NCBI GenBank assembly: GCA_021432655.1
Contig: MU271221.1
Span: forward strand, 1-39,425
DNA length: 39,425 bases
From: Atractiella rhizophila
Taxonomy: Eukaryota
Direction of reading: 5' to 3'
Shown: piece by piece, positions 10,447 through 31,200 of the stretch
Numbering within the stretch: position 1 is the stretch's first letter
Layout of the letters: each line of letters begins with the position of its first letter
Position numbers and translations under genes: made by a program
Notes under the pieces: model-generated
Database searches by the model: none
What the model saw: only the letters and a program-made list of their open reading frames with translations
What the model was told of the DNA's origin: nothing

Positions 10447-13400
10447 ATGGATCCATCTCGCTTCCCTGACCATCCTCCAATACCTCTACACATCCAACCT
10501 GCATCCATACAACCCAACTCTTCCCCACATCCACGAGGCACAAAAAGACGACTCGAAGACCTACAAGACGATTATCCCCAAGAATCCACAACCATCGTCC
10601 CTCCACAACCTCCTCCTCCAGAAGACGAAGAACAGAGTAGCCAGGAAGCGGATGGGCCCCAACCGAAGAAGGGGAAGAAGAAGACGAAGAGGAAGCAGTT
10701 GATCGCTTGTGCGTCTTCTCTTTCTCATCGTTTCACGTATTTTCAGCGAGTGGATTGACCTGAATGAACTGGACATGCAGGCGACGCGTGTAGGTTGAGG
10801 AGGGTCAAATGTGGGAGGACGGAGGGCTATGGAGCTTGTCCTCAGTGTAAACAACGCGGAATTCAGTGCGTCTCTCACCTTTTAATCCTTAAATTGCATC
10901 CTTTCTCATCTGGCCCCATCGCAAACGCGCTAAAGGTGTACGAGCAACTACATCCTTCAGAAAGCGAAAACACCACGAGCTGGAAAAATCGTCCAACAAG
11001 CAAAGTCCGTCCCTTCTATACTCTCGTTTCTTTATGTCGGAGAGATAAAACTAATAGAGTGAATGAAGACTTTTGTATGGATCGACGGTGCCGGAAACAA
11101 ATGTCCCTCCCGAATTACTCGCTCAGGAGCAGAAACTGCAGGCGGCTGGAAGTTCGCCCGATCAACAGACACGCCAACAACAACATCAAAGACCCTCCTC
11201 CTCTTCACCAGTGCTCAGTCCAACAGAGAATCAGGTGGGATTCGAGGTCTTGGCCAAGACGCTTTCAAAGCATCTGGTGGAAACGTTCCTTGTTGTGAGC
11301 CTTCCGTTCTGGACCACTGGGAGGAATAGGTAATGGGTCCCTTGGGAGTAGATGAGCCATGAACAGCTACCAGTCCTCAACGTTACTTTGTTTAGGAATT
11401 GGTTTGATGAGGCAACCGCATCCGACAATCTAGGAGTTATGGGTGCAGTACGCGTTCAGTTCTTGTCAGCCCAATTCTCACTGATCATTTCATCTCCTCC
11501 ACGGCAGTGTTTGGTAGCAGTAATGGAAGTCAGTTCTCCCCTCAGCCATCTTGTGCTTCCTCCCTCGTTCTCACGCTCCCCGAATCTGCAGGCATACGGA
11601 GCGCGAATAACAGATTCACCGATGGTTTTGGGACCGACAGCTCCACGATTCGCAGACTTGAAACTGCACACTCATCGTTCCATCGACCTCTCTCCTTATG
11701 GTCGCGCGCGCGAACAGTTCGCCACTTTCATGGTCGAGCGCGCCTTGACGAAGATCGACCTAGCGGGTGCGTTTCGAAAACCGACTGCAGAGGGAGCAGC
11801 TGCACTCGTCCTTTTAGAGATGATCGTTGATTGTTCGTCTCTCTTTGCCTTTATTGCCTTTAGCGGTAACAATGGCTGATTCGATCGCTTGAAACAGATA
11901 AGGATCCCAGTTGTAAAGAAGGGCGATTCTTGATCAGCAGCGCAGTCCAACATATCAGGATGTTGAGAGAGAAAGAGTTAGGAGGATTTGGAGAGAAATC
12001 TTCGGCTAGTAGTACTCATGGATGGTGGAGTGGGAGAGTGAGAGGCAACACGCTATGGTGGGGACTATATGTGAGTTCTATATATTTTTGTGTTGTTTTT
12101 TTGGGACAATGGGTTTGTTGACGGGTCGACGCGTTGAAGGTTAGAGACGCGTGGATCTCGTGTGTTGGAGGAATGATCCCGCAATTGTACGTTTACTTTG
12201 TTCCCTTCAAGTTTTATGATTTGTGGATGCGATCTTCCCCATTAGCACCGAGCAAGACATCGAGTTGCTCTCCCCTGAGCTGGTAGATGTCAAGTACGAG
12301 AGCCTCATTAGTTCTTTGGACAATGCCGAGAGCGGGTCAATGTCTGGCTTCGTTTTATACGGTAAGTTTGGCTCCATTCATTGACAGTGACACGTTTATA
12401 ACCTCGTCTGTGTAGGGATGTTGGGTCACCTTATGTCACTTTCAAGGATGGTTTCTGCCAAAATAACCCAACGTTTGTGCCTCTAATTCACCTTGAAAGT
12501 GGGCTGAGTATCAGTGGGGTTGTTGACTAGTGGTGGCGCGTACAAAACCATATCTCGATCTTGCTGCCGTTCGCGCATTCTTTCAAGGATTAGACGAGAA
12601 TGCGTCCCTTCTTACCAACTGGGCCGCCCGAAGAGGCACTTCCACTTCTCGGAACAAAGCTCAAGACCGAATGGTTACCTTTCTCATGGGTAATTTGGTC
12701 CTCAAGGTTCATCAAGTTGTCAAAGACAGATTTAACGAGATTCAAGCGAAGCATAATGGAGGAGTGCCAGACGAAGAAGACGTGGAGGAGTTCAAGTACC
12801 ATCAAGAACTGATGGAGATGAAGAGAGTTGCGGATATGCGGCTCTTTCGGGTTTCTAGAGAGGTCGCTCGCGCCGTTAAGGTCGATCTTAGTCTTCCATG
12901 GAAGGTCTTCATGCTTATGGTTTCTACAGGAAGCCATGACAAGCTCCCATCTCTACGGTGGCGCTTTGGGTCTTCCCAGCCTTGGATTGCATGGAAAGGC
13001 CATCCTAGACATGCCAACGGTTGAATACGGCGGTCCAGAAGACTGGACTATCCAGGACAAAGTGAACGAACTTCAATGGTAGATCCCTTTCACAAAGTTA
13101 ACTTTGACTGATTCTTGGAATAGGGTCTTGGACAGCTCAAGAGCGATTGGCTGGTGCTGGGGAGATCCCGATTCGCACATCCAAATGATTGAAACGGCTA
13201 TCATTCAGCTCAAAGGTCCCGGACTGCCGACGACGACGCATTCGTACAGTTCAATCACCTTTCCTCCTCCTGCACTTCCCACCTTCCCCCAATTTCCCAC
13301 GGTCCTTTCTCCAGTCATAGCAACACCAGTGGAGGTTGCCTCGGGGCTTCCGGCCACTACCACTCGCTCTCCCACCCACCTCATGCACGGAATCCACCCA

Positions 13401-13769
13401 GAAGAGTATTATCGACATCCACGTTCTCCTACCATGCATACCATTCATGCGACACCAGTCCCTCCTCGATCAGCAGGATGGACAAATCCTCCTCCGCCCA
13501 TGTATGGCGTCCCAACAACCACAAGCCAACCACACGCTCAATACCATTCTTATACTACGATACCAAGCGACCCTGCGACGGAGTGGCAACGCTATCCAAC
13601 ATCGCATGAACCTCAGTCTTTCATTCAGCCTCAACATCAGTCCCATCCTCACTCTATGCCTCGCCAGTTTCATCCATCATATTCACATTGGACAAGGGAC
13701 GATCGTCAGCCTTGGGACCCCTCTCAGCCACCCCCTTCTCGCCACCAATACCCTCCAGCACCGTCATAA
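10447..13769 (+). CDS. Zn(II)2Cys6 fungal transcription factor (multi-exon)
   Basis: Spliced C-DA-C-RLRRVK-C-GRTEGYGA-C-PQ-C-KQRGIQ-C (CX2CX6CX8CX2CX6C) across two introns at ~10708-10940. Preceded by basic KKGKKKTKRK; helical middle region; Pro/His/Gln-rich C-terminal exon ending at 13769. Confidence 0.9.
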
Positions 13770-16500
13770 AACCCCGCTTATGTTCTCGGGCTACAAAACT
13801 CCAACAAACGCATCAAAATCGCATGGATGTTCCTCGTTCTTCCTTTTGCTACTTTTATTCTCAGCTTGATTCTAACTGAACCAAATGCATGCTGTTTCAA
13901 TAATTTCCCATTGCAGGAAGTGCTTGCCCATGCCTAATACGTTTCTGATAATATTGAGAGTTGGTTCATTCCTTCATGATTGCTTGTCAATATCCTCCAC
14001 TCTCACAACAATGATCGTTTCTAAGACTGCGTTGTTTTGCTCAAATGAATGTTAGCGTTTGTGTTGCTTTTTTCAGCGTAGAACCGATGTGCTTTGTTGC
14101 AACCGTTATGAACATAAACCCTTATAACCTCAGATACAAACCAAGATAAATTGTTCAAATTACAGACGGAATTGACCCGAACACATTGTAGTTTGGCGTA
14201 GGGACCCATGCTGTTTGGGGTTAACAGATAATAAATGTTGGCGAGTGAAAGACTGACAGAAGGAATATCTGCGGGCAGATAAAGCTCAGGGCTCAAGGCA
14301 AAATATTCTCAAGTGCTCGGAGCAATTCCATCTGTTAAAGTACTACAGAGACCAACAGAAACTGTCAAGTGTAGTGTACACTGGCACTTTCTTCTCAGTT
14401 CACTGATACATCCATTCAGGGTTCTCTTGACCTTCTTTGCATGCCGTACCATCGTGATACAAAGCTGTTTTGACTCTTCAACGTGTTGGAGGACTACTTG
14501 ATTGCTGCTTACGCTCACGTTCTCCCACAACTTGACATGCAGAGAATCCCCCACGCCAGCGTCGTGAGCGACGTGTCGACTGGTAGGACACTGGTAATTA
14601 TCAACAGGTCAGTCGACCCGAGCTGCAGAACCACTGAACCTCCTGAAACGTGAGATGAGATAGATAAATTACAGAACAGAGTACCTCTGCTTTCTGGAAG
14701 CTCTATCATACTAGTAGTGCAGTCATGCCATCCTCAAACAGTGATGCTTCCAATGCGTCTGAAAATGCCCTCGGATTGTCAGATCTTGGACTCTCTTCCT
14801 CTTCAAACCATCGGGAAGTTGCGAAAGCTGAGTAAGAAATGGAGGGTGGATAGAGGTCCATCTAGAGCGAAAGCTGCACACACTCTTACACAAATACTAT
14901 GCAAAGGATGTAGACCTGTTCAAGGAGTATCAAAGGATTTTGGGGACCTTGATTTCTGGGTGAGCGTCTTTAGATAAGGCCCATGATTTTGCCAGGCGGT
15001 GAGCCTTGTCACAGTGAAGTGAATCCAGGTTACCATTTTCAGTGTACATTAATGTGCGAGGAAACGGAAGAGACGACTTTTTGCGACGCGCGAGGATTTT
15101 CTTCACGGACCTGTTGGTCTGAGTGGGAAGCTCATGCCGTATCATGTAGTCCTTTCGCGCTCTCATTTATTTCTAGGAACGAACACTGGACACCAAAGGA
15201 TCTTGACCTCTGTGGCCGGTAAAGTTGGCAAGGCTCTGACAAGATGCCTCATATCCAAAGAGGGATATGTGGAATCTGGAACATACTGGCGTCGAACTGG
15301 CTATGGAACAGCATGTCCTAATAACATATACAAACTCACTACGAGGATTGAGAGCGCTCAACCGAGCTGCAATGGGGTATCTATTGATATCATCAAATGC
15401 TGCAAGGCGGATCCACCTGCATTGTTTCACATCTTTTCATTCAACAATAGGTGTGAGTTAACCTTTCAGGATACCGAAACAATTGGTAAAGCGGAAGAGT
15501 TGCAGATGAACGTCTTAGCGCACGACTACGTCGCAGTTCTGTATCCAGTCTACACAATACCAAGTTCATTATTCGACATGAGGTTTTAGGGAAGCCGCCT
15601 GCATTGAAAGTACAAATCGCGAGGTTTCAAATTTGTACGAAGAACATAGGGGATGAGCGAACGAGTGATATCAACTCTATGGTCTCACTTGCCCCTCGAT
15701 CCGACCCCAATCCTTTGGCATCATCCCCACTTTGGTGAGGTCGATCTCTCGAAGTGGCACGAGCAACCTTTGCTACGTTGCTAGTGGAGATGTTGGATCG
15801 TTTTCACTCTCCCTCTAATAAAGACTGACATCTCCTGTCCTCATGAAAGTGCAGCTCAAAATCGAGCTAGCTTTACTACTTCCTTTACTTCACTTCAAAA
15901 ATTGCAATATCCGAGCAACGAAGGTATTTTCAAACCTTGTGGATATTCCACTGGTCTACGACATCCAGTTGGAGGTTGGAGAGTCGGCTATTTAGCCTTA
16001 CTCCCGCATCCTTGCCTATGGCTAGAAAACTATCGACTTCATGACGACGAATTGATTCTTGGCGCCGTGCAGAATCATGCACAAATTGTATGTTCTTTCA
16101 TTCATGATCTTTGCGCGCCGCTGCTCACGTTATTGCTTAGCAGCTGACTGTAGGAGATCCAAAGGTTGGGATCAACGCAGCGAAATACAACTAGTAAAAG
16201 TGTTATGATGAACAACTAAATGAATCATACTTTGGCTATAACCCGAGTGTTCGCACCAGATATTTTCGCTCGATTCAGACAAAGCAAGGGGAGAAGCAAA
16301 TATAGAACTACGGTTGAAGTGAGTGAAATGACTAAAGTTCTAGCAAAGTCAAAGTTTTGGCTTGAAGAACTTGAACGACGAAAAAGGCTCAGTGCCTGGA
16401 CCTTTGTGAGCACGGTCGTCCCAGTATTTTCAGGGACATTAGCAGAAAGATAAACGCCAAAAAAGCCCAGAAAACCGAACACCGCGAGATACCCATATCG

Positions 16501-19500
16501 ATGGCCCTTTCCCCGGCCACTAACTTCAAGCCTGGTGGCATCCTAGACGCTCTCTTCCAGAGTCCCAGCCAATCTCCTCAGTCTCTCATACCTCTTCCTC
16601 ACGGTGGCCGCGCGATTCAACAGACAGGGCAGACGCGGGTTACGCTGGAGGAGACGCAGATTTCCGCTTCTCATTCCGACTCGAAGGGAGGATCTGGATC
16701 GGGAGAAAATACTACATCATCTTCATACCAGCGCTTCCACTACGACCTTATACACGGTAACACCCAGACTCAGACGCAGAATTTGAACGCGCTAGCACAA
16801 TCGCACTCCGATCCCGTCATTGCTGAATCCCAATCGCATGCACAGATTGTTACTCGCGACGGTCAAGGTCTCCCGAAAAGCCTGTCGTTTGGAATTGTAC
16901 CGGACGCTTCAGCTATATTCCAGGATCGAGAGATCGACGAAGAGGTGCGACCAGGGAGGAAGGCTCCTGCTCGGGCAAGAAAGCCAACTCGGACGCGAAC
17001 AAGGGAGGAAGAACCCATAACCTCCTCTCCCGTTCGCGAAGACTCTTCTGTCGTCTCCTCGCCAGACAAGCCGCTTTCCCAATCCCTCCTCTTACGTTCT
17101 CCCCATAAAACTCGTAGGAGAGACACAGAAAAAGAGAGGGATTATGAGGATGAGCTACCAGCATACAATGTGCCAACCGTGGACGAAGATATGAAAGCAA
17201 GGGCGAAGAAGGAAGCTGAGATCGCGAGGAGGACAGGTAATAGCCCTGGAAAACGGCGCGTGGATACGAACCAGAATCAGAATAAGAAAGAGAAGGTCAT
17301 CACGGATCCGTGGGCTATCAGAGTTGTCAATCTAGATGGAAAGCGCGGACTGGAGGATGAAAGGGGAAATCAAGTCTTTGAAAACACCGAAGAAGAGGAA
17401 GCGGAAGTTGACCTCGAGCCTCCACCTCCTGTGCGGAAAGGGGAGAAACAGGTCGCGTTTGCCGCTACCGATGGAGATGGGGATGAGGGGGATGTGGAAG
17501 AAGATAGTGGACTGAACAAGAATGTCACTCCTCGGTCAGCGCCTATCCTCTCCCGCATCCTCACCTTGCCCCAATCCCGCACCCATCCTCATTCTCAGGC
17601 CTCGTCCCAATCTCAATCTTCTCAAATCGGCCAGCCACCCCTCCCCCCTTCCCGCCAACAGGAGAGGCAGGATGACATCTTCCAAGCCACATCGGCCCAA
17701 AACGTCTTCGGCAACGAGAACGAGGAGACGCAGTATTCACAGACTCAACTCATCTCTTCTCCTGTGCATGGCGCTGGTGGAGAGGAGGACATGGCAGCAG
17801 CCATCCGAGCCTCAAGCCATTCACAATTCTATGTGCTCAACAACGCAGACAGCAGCAACGGGAGTGGTATGAGCCAGAGCCAGTTTGAGGCCACGCAGAT
17901 CGACGAGGACTCTGCCAACGCAGCTCCAGGAACGACAATTCAGCAGATCTTCATGTCAAAGTCTTCGGTGTGGACCAAGACTCCGGGTGGTAAGTCTTCC
18001 GCTCAATATCCAATGTCAGAAATGGTGAGAAACATTGATGCGTAACAGGACCCAGCCCCGCTACCACAAGCCCATTTGAAACACGCCGGACACTTGGAAA
18101 ACCACTGGTGACGATACGGGAGGCTAGCCAAGGTTTGCCATCCCTCCCTTCACCTTCTTTGATGTGTAAAGAAGAGTATTCTGACGAAGAAGCATAAGCA
18201 GACGATGACCTCGTCATTCCGGATTCTCAAGACCCGAATCATCCTTCTGGTGAACCGTATCGCGACCGCGCATTTGTGCAGCGACAAAAGGCCACTATTC
18301 GAGCGCCTCTGCATTCCTCAGACGGAGAAGAAGAAAAGGGCCGCCCAGCAGGCGGACAGACTGGAGGTACAGTAATCCCTGATTCCCAAGACGGCCCGAA
18401 CGGGATCGATGCAATGGATGTGGATCAAGAAGGAGAGGAGACCTTGAAGAAGAAGGCGCGAAAAGGCAGTAAGGATAGAGAAGAACCCCGTACGCCGACC
18501 AAGAAGCGCGCTCTTGTGGCTTCCAGCAGTGTGATCGTAGCGGAGGAAGAGGCACATCCGAGCAAGAAGAAAAAGGTTTCTCATCCAGTTCCTCAGCAAC
18601 AGCAGCAAGAAGTGTCATACGTCGGAATGGCAGGGAACGAGACCCACACCTCAACCTCTACTTCTCAGCCCTCCCAGCTACCCGGAGGGAGTCCACCTTT
18701 CACTTATGTCCTTGTCTTCTTGAAGGAACGCAAGCTCTTTGTCACCGGAAAGATAATCGCCCTTTCCCTGTCAAATGCTACTGTCCAGCATCTAGGTAAC
18801 TTCAACCTTCTCGGAACTTCCAAAGGCACCCCAGAAAGAACGCAAGCCAATTACGCCTTCGATTCCCTGCGGCGCCTCGAATTGAGGGCTGGGGATTTGG
18901 TGAATATCGATGGAGAGAGGCGGGAAATAACATGGATAGAGGAAGGGAAGGAATGTGTTCTCCTTGATGGAGAAGGGAGCGTTGCCGTTCGCCTCTCAGA
19001 TTCCCAAGGTCGCTCGATAGGCGAAGGTGCGGTCCCTCTCAACCTCCGAGAACTCATTCTCCATCCTCCAAGAGCTCGCAAGTTGCTAGACAGGCACTTA
19101 GACGCCGACGATTTAGAGCGCCTCAAGCTCTCCTCCTTAGGTCCTCGTCTTTATCGCTCCGCCTTCCTTCTCACCTACCCCGATGAGCCCTCGACCAATG
19201 GAAAAGGTGCAACTCCAAAACCGGCTCGTGGAGCTGCGAAAGCGTGGGCTTCGGAGAAGTCCGTGGTAGAAGAACGGATAAAGGAATTGGGCGGAACGCT
19301 CATTTCGGATTTGAAGGACGTGGTAGATGTTGACGAGGAGTTGTGTGTCTGTGATTTCTGGGAGACCACAATGGGAAGGAAAAAGGACGTGAGGAATATT
19401 TTCCTCCTCGCCGACCGACCTCGTACCTCGCCTAAATATTTGATGGCGCTCGCCATTGGGATTCCCTGCGTGAGCACAAAGTGGGTGTTGGATGAAGATG

Positions 19501-20136
19501 TGCGTCTCTTTTTCCTTCATGCAAAAGGGATATTTATCAGAGATCGCAAACTGCGCAGGGAGGGAGGAATTGGAAGGATTACGCAATTGGCGCTGGTCCT
19601 TCCTTGACGATGGACACTTTTGCGCTCGGTAGACAGTGGAAGTTGATGGAGCGAAAAGATGGAAGTTACGGCATCAAAGAGCTCAACGACGCACACCCAG
19701 AATTTATGCTGTTCAAAGGTCGAACCATGCTTATTGTTGGGGACAAAGTGCTCAGCGATGGGGAAGAAGCTGGTTCCGCAGTGAGTCTTCATTCTACTTA
19801 CTATTACATATTCAGACTGTGGTGGGGGAACAGAACAGCATCTGTCGACTTCTGATTGCCATGGGAGCGACTAAGACGGAATATATCTCTCCAAAAGACT
19901 TTAAAAAATGGGACACGGATGGATTTGACTGGATCATCCTCGACGATTCCACTGGCTCCACCACCAACGGGGCCACCATAACTGTGTCGAGCAGCAGGAA
20001 GAAGAAGGTTGTTAGTAGTGGGTCGAGCGTTGGGGATTTGAAAATGACTGAACTACAGCAGGCTAAGTGCTGTAACGTTCCATGGGTCAAAGAATGCTTG
20101 ATCACGGGAAGAGTTCTGCCAAACGGAAAGTTGTGA
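16501..20136 (+). CDS. Crb2/Rad9/53BP1-like DNA-damage checkpoint mediator (SQ/TQ cluster, Tudor-like region, tandem BRCT)
   Basis: Long low-complexity N-terminus rich in SQ/TQ and SP sites. Tudor-like YVLVF...GKIIA...LRRLELRAGDLV. BRCT1 AFLLT...ELGGTLI...LADRPRTSPKYLMALAIGIPCVSTKWV. BRCT2 LFKGRTMLIV...LIAMGA...VPWVKECLITG. Introns near 17990, 18132, 19501 and 19781. Confidence 0.8.
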
Positions 20137-21156
20137 ATCCATGGACTGTGTGCTTCTTGCTTTTTCAGTGTGGATATATATATGTCTTAAGTTATCGTTA
20201 TTCGTCGTCGCCTTTCTGAGCTTGGAACTATGTAACACATACATAAATGCTAATGGTTTTGCTCATCAAGTGCAATGGAACACTTCGCCGAGATACTTCT
20301 CATATGTCCTGATCTCACTGACGGTGATTTCGTTCACATACCGCCTTTTCGTGCCCATCAAAACTTTTCCTCTCTTCTTTCGAAAGAGCTTCGTGGGTCC
20401 TCTTCCCTTCTGTTCGACTGCTTCGAAAGTTTGAACTAGTGCAGGCGCAGTGATGAGAAGATGAAGCAGCTCGAGCTTATGCTGTTTCCTTATTGTTTTC
20501 GGAATTGTGATGGGAAGAGGGTGAGAGAATCACCCGTGCAGGCCTCCTCGCGCAAGAGACGCTCAACTTTCTTCGTCTCTAGAAAGACTCTGTCCTTTGA
20601 AGAACTATTTGCTTGCGTCGGTTGTCGATAGAGATGGTCCTTTGTATGGATGTGTGGAGGAACGGTCTCCTCCAGAACTGCTACTAATCGAAGGGAGGAC
20701 TGCAGAACTGCAGAATTCTAGAACTGCTCTATCTGGAGACACAGGTGAAAATCTGGGGCACGGGGAGGGTAAACCGTCAGCGGGAGCGACGTGCATTTGA
20801 ATAGATGGTAGATGGTCGATACATTCATCTGCCATGTTCCAGTTCGCAGTTCGCATAGGAACAAGAAACAAAATGTGAAATCGAAGCCGTTGGTAACGTC
20901 CAGCCACCAGAATAATTGGTAATGTGGATACGCTACGCTATGTACGAGTAGTGCGCTTCAAACTCTTGCCTGCCCTTGTCTTTTCGACGAATAGAACATC
21001 GTCTTATGACTGCTTAGCTAGATTTCGATTTCATCCAATCCCAATCTCAGTGGATGCAGATCGGCCGAATGAGTCTGACAAATGAATTTCAAAACTTGCA
21101 GCCGTGTGTTCCGTTTTCGCGGTGACGAAGCCGACAGCTTCAAAAAGCAAAAGTGT

Positions 21157-21347
21157 TCAGTCAGAATTCCCTTTTGCCTCTATCTCAGCTCGTCTGTTGC
21201 TCAGGAATAGAACATTAATATTCCGGGCAAGTATCAATCGTTTGGCTCCGCATCAGTCAGAATTCCCTTTTGCCTCTATCTCAGCTCGTCTGTTGCTCAG
21301 GAATAGAACATTAATATTCCGGGCAAGTATCAATCGTTTGGCTCCGC
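21157..21347. repeat. Perfect direct tandem duplication, 2 x 95 bp with a 1-nt spacer
   Basis: 21157-21251 is identical to 21253-21347 (tcagtcagaattccc...tttggctccgc). Confidence 0.95.
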
Positions 21348-21384
21348 TTGTCAGATCGATCGAAAGGCGACATTGAGGGCGATC

Positions 21385-28087
<6,703 letters not shown>

Positions 28088-28231
28088 AGTAAAACGATAA
28101 CCTAGCAACGATTCACATAGATGTACATGAGTATCAATGCAACTGCGTCGAAATACTACAAGTGGAATAAAGTTGACCTTCAACAATAACTACCATTGTA
28201 CCAAAGCAAGCAACACAACACAGTATTTAAA

Positions 28232-31200
28232 TTAACCAACGTTTAATTCTGACCGATACACAATTTGAAGTGAAGCTGTGGACAGTGAACAAGGGGAATG
28301 CAAGCAATGGGGTGAAGGACACTGAGACATCTCATCGACAAAGTTGTCGAATGGGCCGAGCAGAGTATTTGCGCAAAGTGTATGAAGGGCATGTCCACAC
28401 TCATCACATTTCACAGCAGGATCTTTAACGCTCTTAAAGCTGCTCAATTGATTAGTTTAGCCTTGTTTGGGTTTGAGGACAGAAGTGCTGACCAAATGAC
28501 GCAGTCAAAAGGCGGCTTGCAGAATTGACAAGGACCTTGATCCACGTTCCGCTTCCCACAGCCCGAGCATAACAGCTCCGCACGAAGCTGACGGATGGTA
28601 TTAGCAGAATTACAGAAGGAGTGAACAGACTTACGCGGTACGATAGCTTGATGGTTTCCACAGGGCAGCTTGAACGCACCATCAACGCCTCAGAATGAAG
28701 GCCGTAGCTTTGGAGTACCTCTAGAGAAGTGTTACCATCGTTATATAGTCAGGTAGATAATCACTAGACATACCAAGGTACGAGACAGTAAGGTGCTTGA
28801 CCCACATCATATCTATCTTTGCCCATCCTCTCACCCCTCTTGATAAAGCGTACACACCTGCCACAGCATGACAAAGTCCGATTGGTGCGTCATCATCTAC
28901 GAAAGCTTGCAATTGTTGTTTGACACTGGCGATGATTTGTTCGTCTAGGTAGGCAAAAGCGTCCTGGACGTAGCTTAGACTACTTTTCCTGCCTGGTGGC
29001 TTGATACGTGCGAAAGGGAGAGGAGTAGGAGTATCCAGGGCTGGGCTTTCGGACCAATCAGAAACCTTTGGTTTACCTTGTGGCGTCCTCGTCTTGGTAG
29101 AAGCCTGGCGTGCGAAAGTTCTCCTCCTCACTAATCCAGGTCGACGCAGTTCCCCCGTCGAATCGTTATCGTCCGCATCTGAGCTATTCTCCTCCCTAAC
29201 CTCCATGAACCTACCGCTACTCCTACCCTTTGACTTCGTCCCCTTGACAGTTGTACGATACGATGACAGACTCCTACTTCTGCTCTCCCCACTGCCTCTT
29301 TTTCGCATACGGGCACTCCTCGATCGCTCCTCATACTCATCCTCCTCTGTCTCCTCATCCTGTGTTCGTAACGGAAAAATTGCAGAAGTGATGCGTCGGC
29401 TGCTGAAAGTGAGAGACGCTCTGGAAGAGACTCTGGACGAGCTTCGGGAGCGCTTATTGGGAGAGGTGAGTGGAGACATAGCAAGTGCGGCATGATCCCG
29501 CATGAGAGGCGAAGGGAATATTTCGACGGACGACTTTCGTGGGGCTTGTGACGGGAGTGAATCTGAAGAGGCCGTGTCTTCCTCAAACTGTGGTTCGAAG
29601 TATTGATCTGCCGAACGTTCATCTCTGGGAGTTGGAGGCAGAGGAATGGTCTTGGTTCTCTCGGAAGACGGTTGAGAAATTGGGTTCCCCCATCTTGAAG
29701 TCCGCGAGTAGTCTATTGAGCTGAGAGACGGATGTCTCGCGTGCGAGAGACCTGTTGATCGACGGTTCGACGTCTCTCCATTGCTCACCAATCCCAAAGC
29801 CGCTCCTCTTTCCTCCTTAGATCTGCTATCGTCCAACTTCACCATTTTCCTCAATTCCTCATCCCACACGTTCTCCTCTCCAAACCATTCTCTCAAAAAC
29901 ATCCAAAACTGAACCGCCTCCATCCTCCCCGCCATCTTCGCCACCTCTAAATTCCTAGTACAGGTATCGATGAAGGAGAATGTCCCGTCAAAAGAATAGT
30001 TCTTAGCCAGAGAGTTGAACACCTCCCTCTCCCCATCGAGATTGGTGACTGCACATCCAATTTGTTCGGGAACGTCGACAAAGAACTTTGGCCTTCGCCC
30101 AGTAACCTTCGAGGCGGTCGATCTTTTTTTTGGGTGAGCAAGATGAGTTTGTAAATCAAAGGTAAGGGACGCACGGCTCCTCTTTCGTTGCCTTCTTCCC
30201 CCTCTCCTCATCCACCACCTCCGCCTTTGCAAACACGTACTCATCACCATTCGCATTCAGGGCTGCTGTCACCCTCTGCACCTCATCCGCACAATACGTT
30301 CCTTCATTGATAAGGTCGTGTTGAACCAAACAACTCTCGCTCCTGCTCGTCGTCCAAATGGTATCCTGATCGGCCCAAAGGAGCGCTGAGGCTTGAGAAC
30401 TGCTGCCAGTCGAAGAGTATACGGAGTATTTTGGAATCGAAGAGTTGGATATGTCCCATACGTCGACGATGGGCGATTGGAAGGAAAGAGAGGAGGAGGT
30501 CTCGGTGAAGATTGAGGATATACCTATCGAAGCGATCTCGCGAACATGTGAGGGACGGAAGGAGAGGCGGCGGACGGGATGAGTAGTTTTGAGCGTCTGC
30601 AATGGTTTCGGTCTATCGAAAAGGGTAGCGTTCCATATCTGTCGCAAGATGAACCATCAATCCTGTTCGCCTAGTCCTGACCGCTAGAAAATGGACTGAA
30701 AACGAACCTTGATCTTCCTATCCTGACCTCCAGAGGCGACCCAATCGACCCACGACTTTGTCTCCTCATCGTACCCATGCGTCCAATCGACACACAACCC
30801 GCTCCCCAGATGAGCGATGGAGCTATAATTCATCCCCGGCTTCCTCAAATCCCACCTCACCAAGCTTCCGCTATCGTGGACGGACGCTATCGCGTACACT
30901 TCTCCAGGCACAGGCGACAGGGCGAGGTCGCGGACGGGGTCGGAGAGCGAGTTGAGGATCATACGTGACGGTCGACCTTCGCGGATGTCCTGTCCACACC
31001 AACATCGACATCGACATTAAAATCAAAAGTGGGTCATGGGTAGTGGATATGGCGCACCCATAGCTTTAGGTATCCATCTTGGCTGCCAGAGATTAACCAG
31101 TGGCCTTGTTCCCCTCCGAATACCACCTTGTTGATCGCTTTAGTGTGTTCGAATTTCACCTGGTCTGCAGTATTCACCGTTAGCAGTCACCCTCCTTGGT

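Noticed and set aside
20672..20730. Heat-shock element or AGAACTGC repeats upstream of the ABC gene
   Set aside because: Only two properly spaced nGAAn units (TTCTAGAA); too weak to call.
21157..21347. CRISPR-like or coding repeat (ORF 21104-21376)
   Set aside because: Only two 95-bp units with no spacers, in a eukaryote; the ORF lacks an ATG start and simply reflects the 96-bp period.
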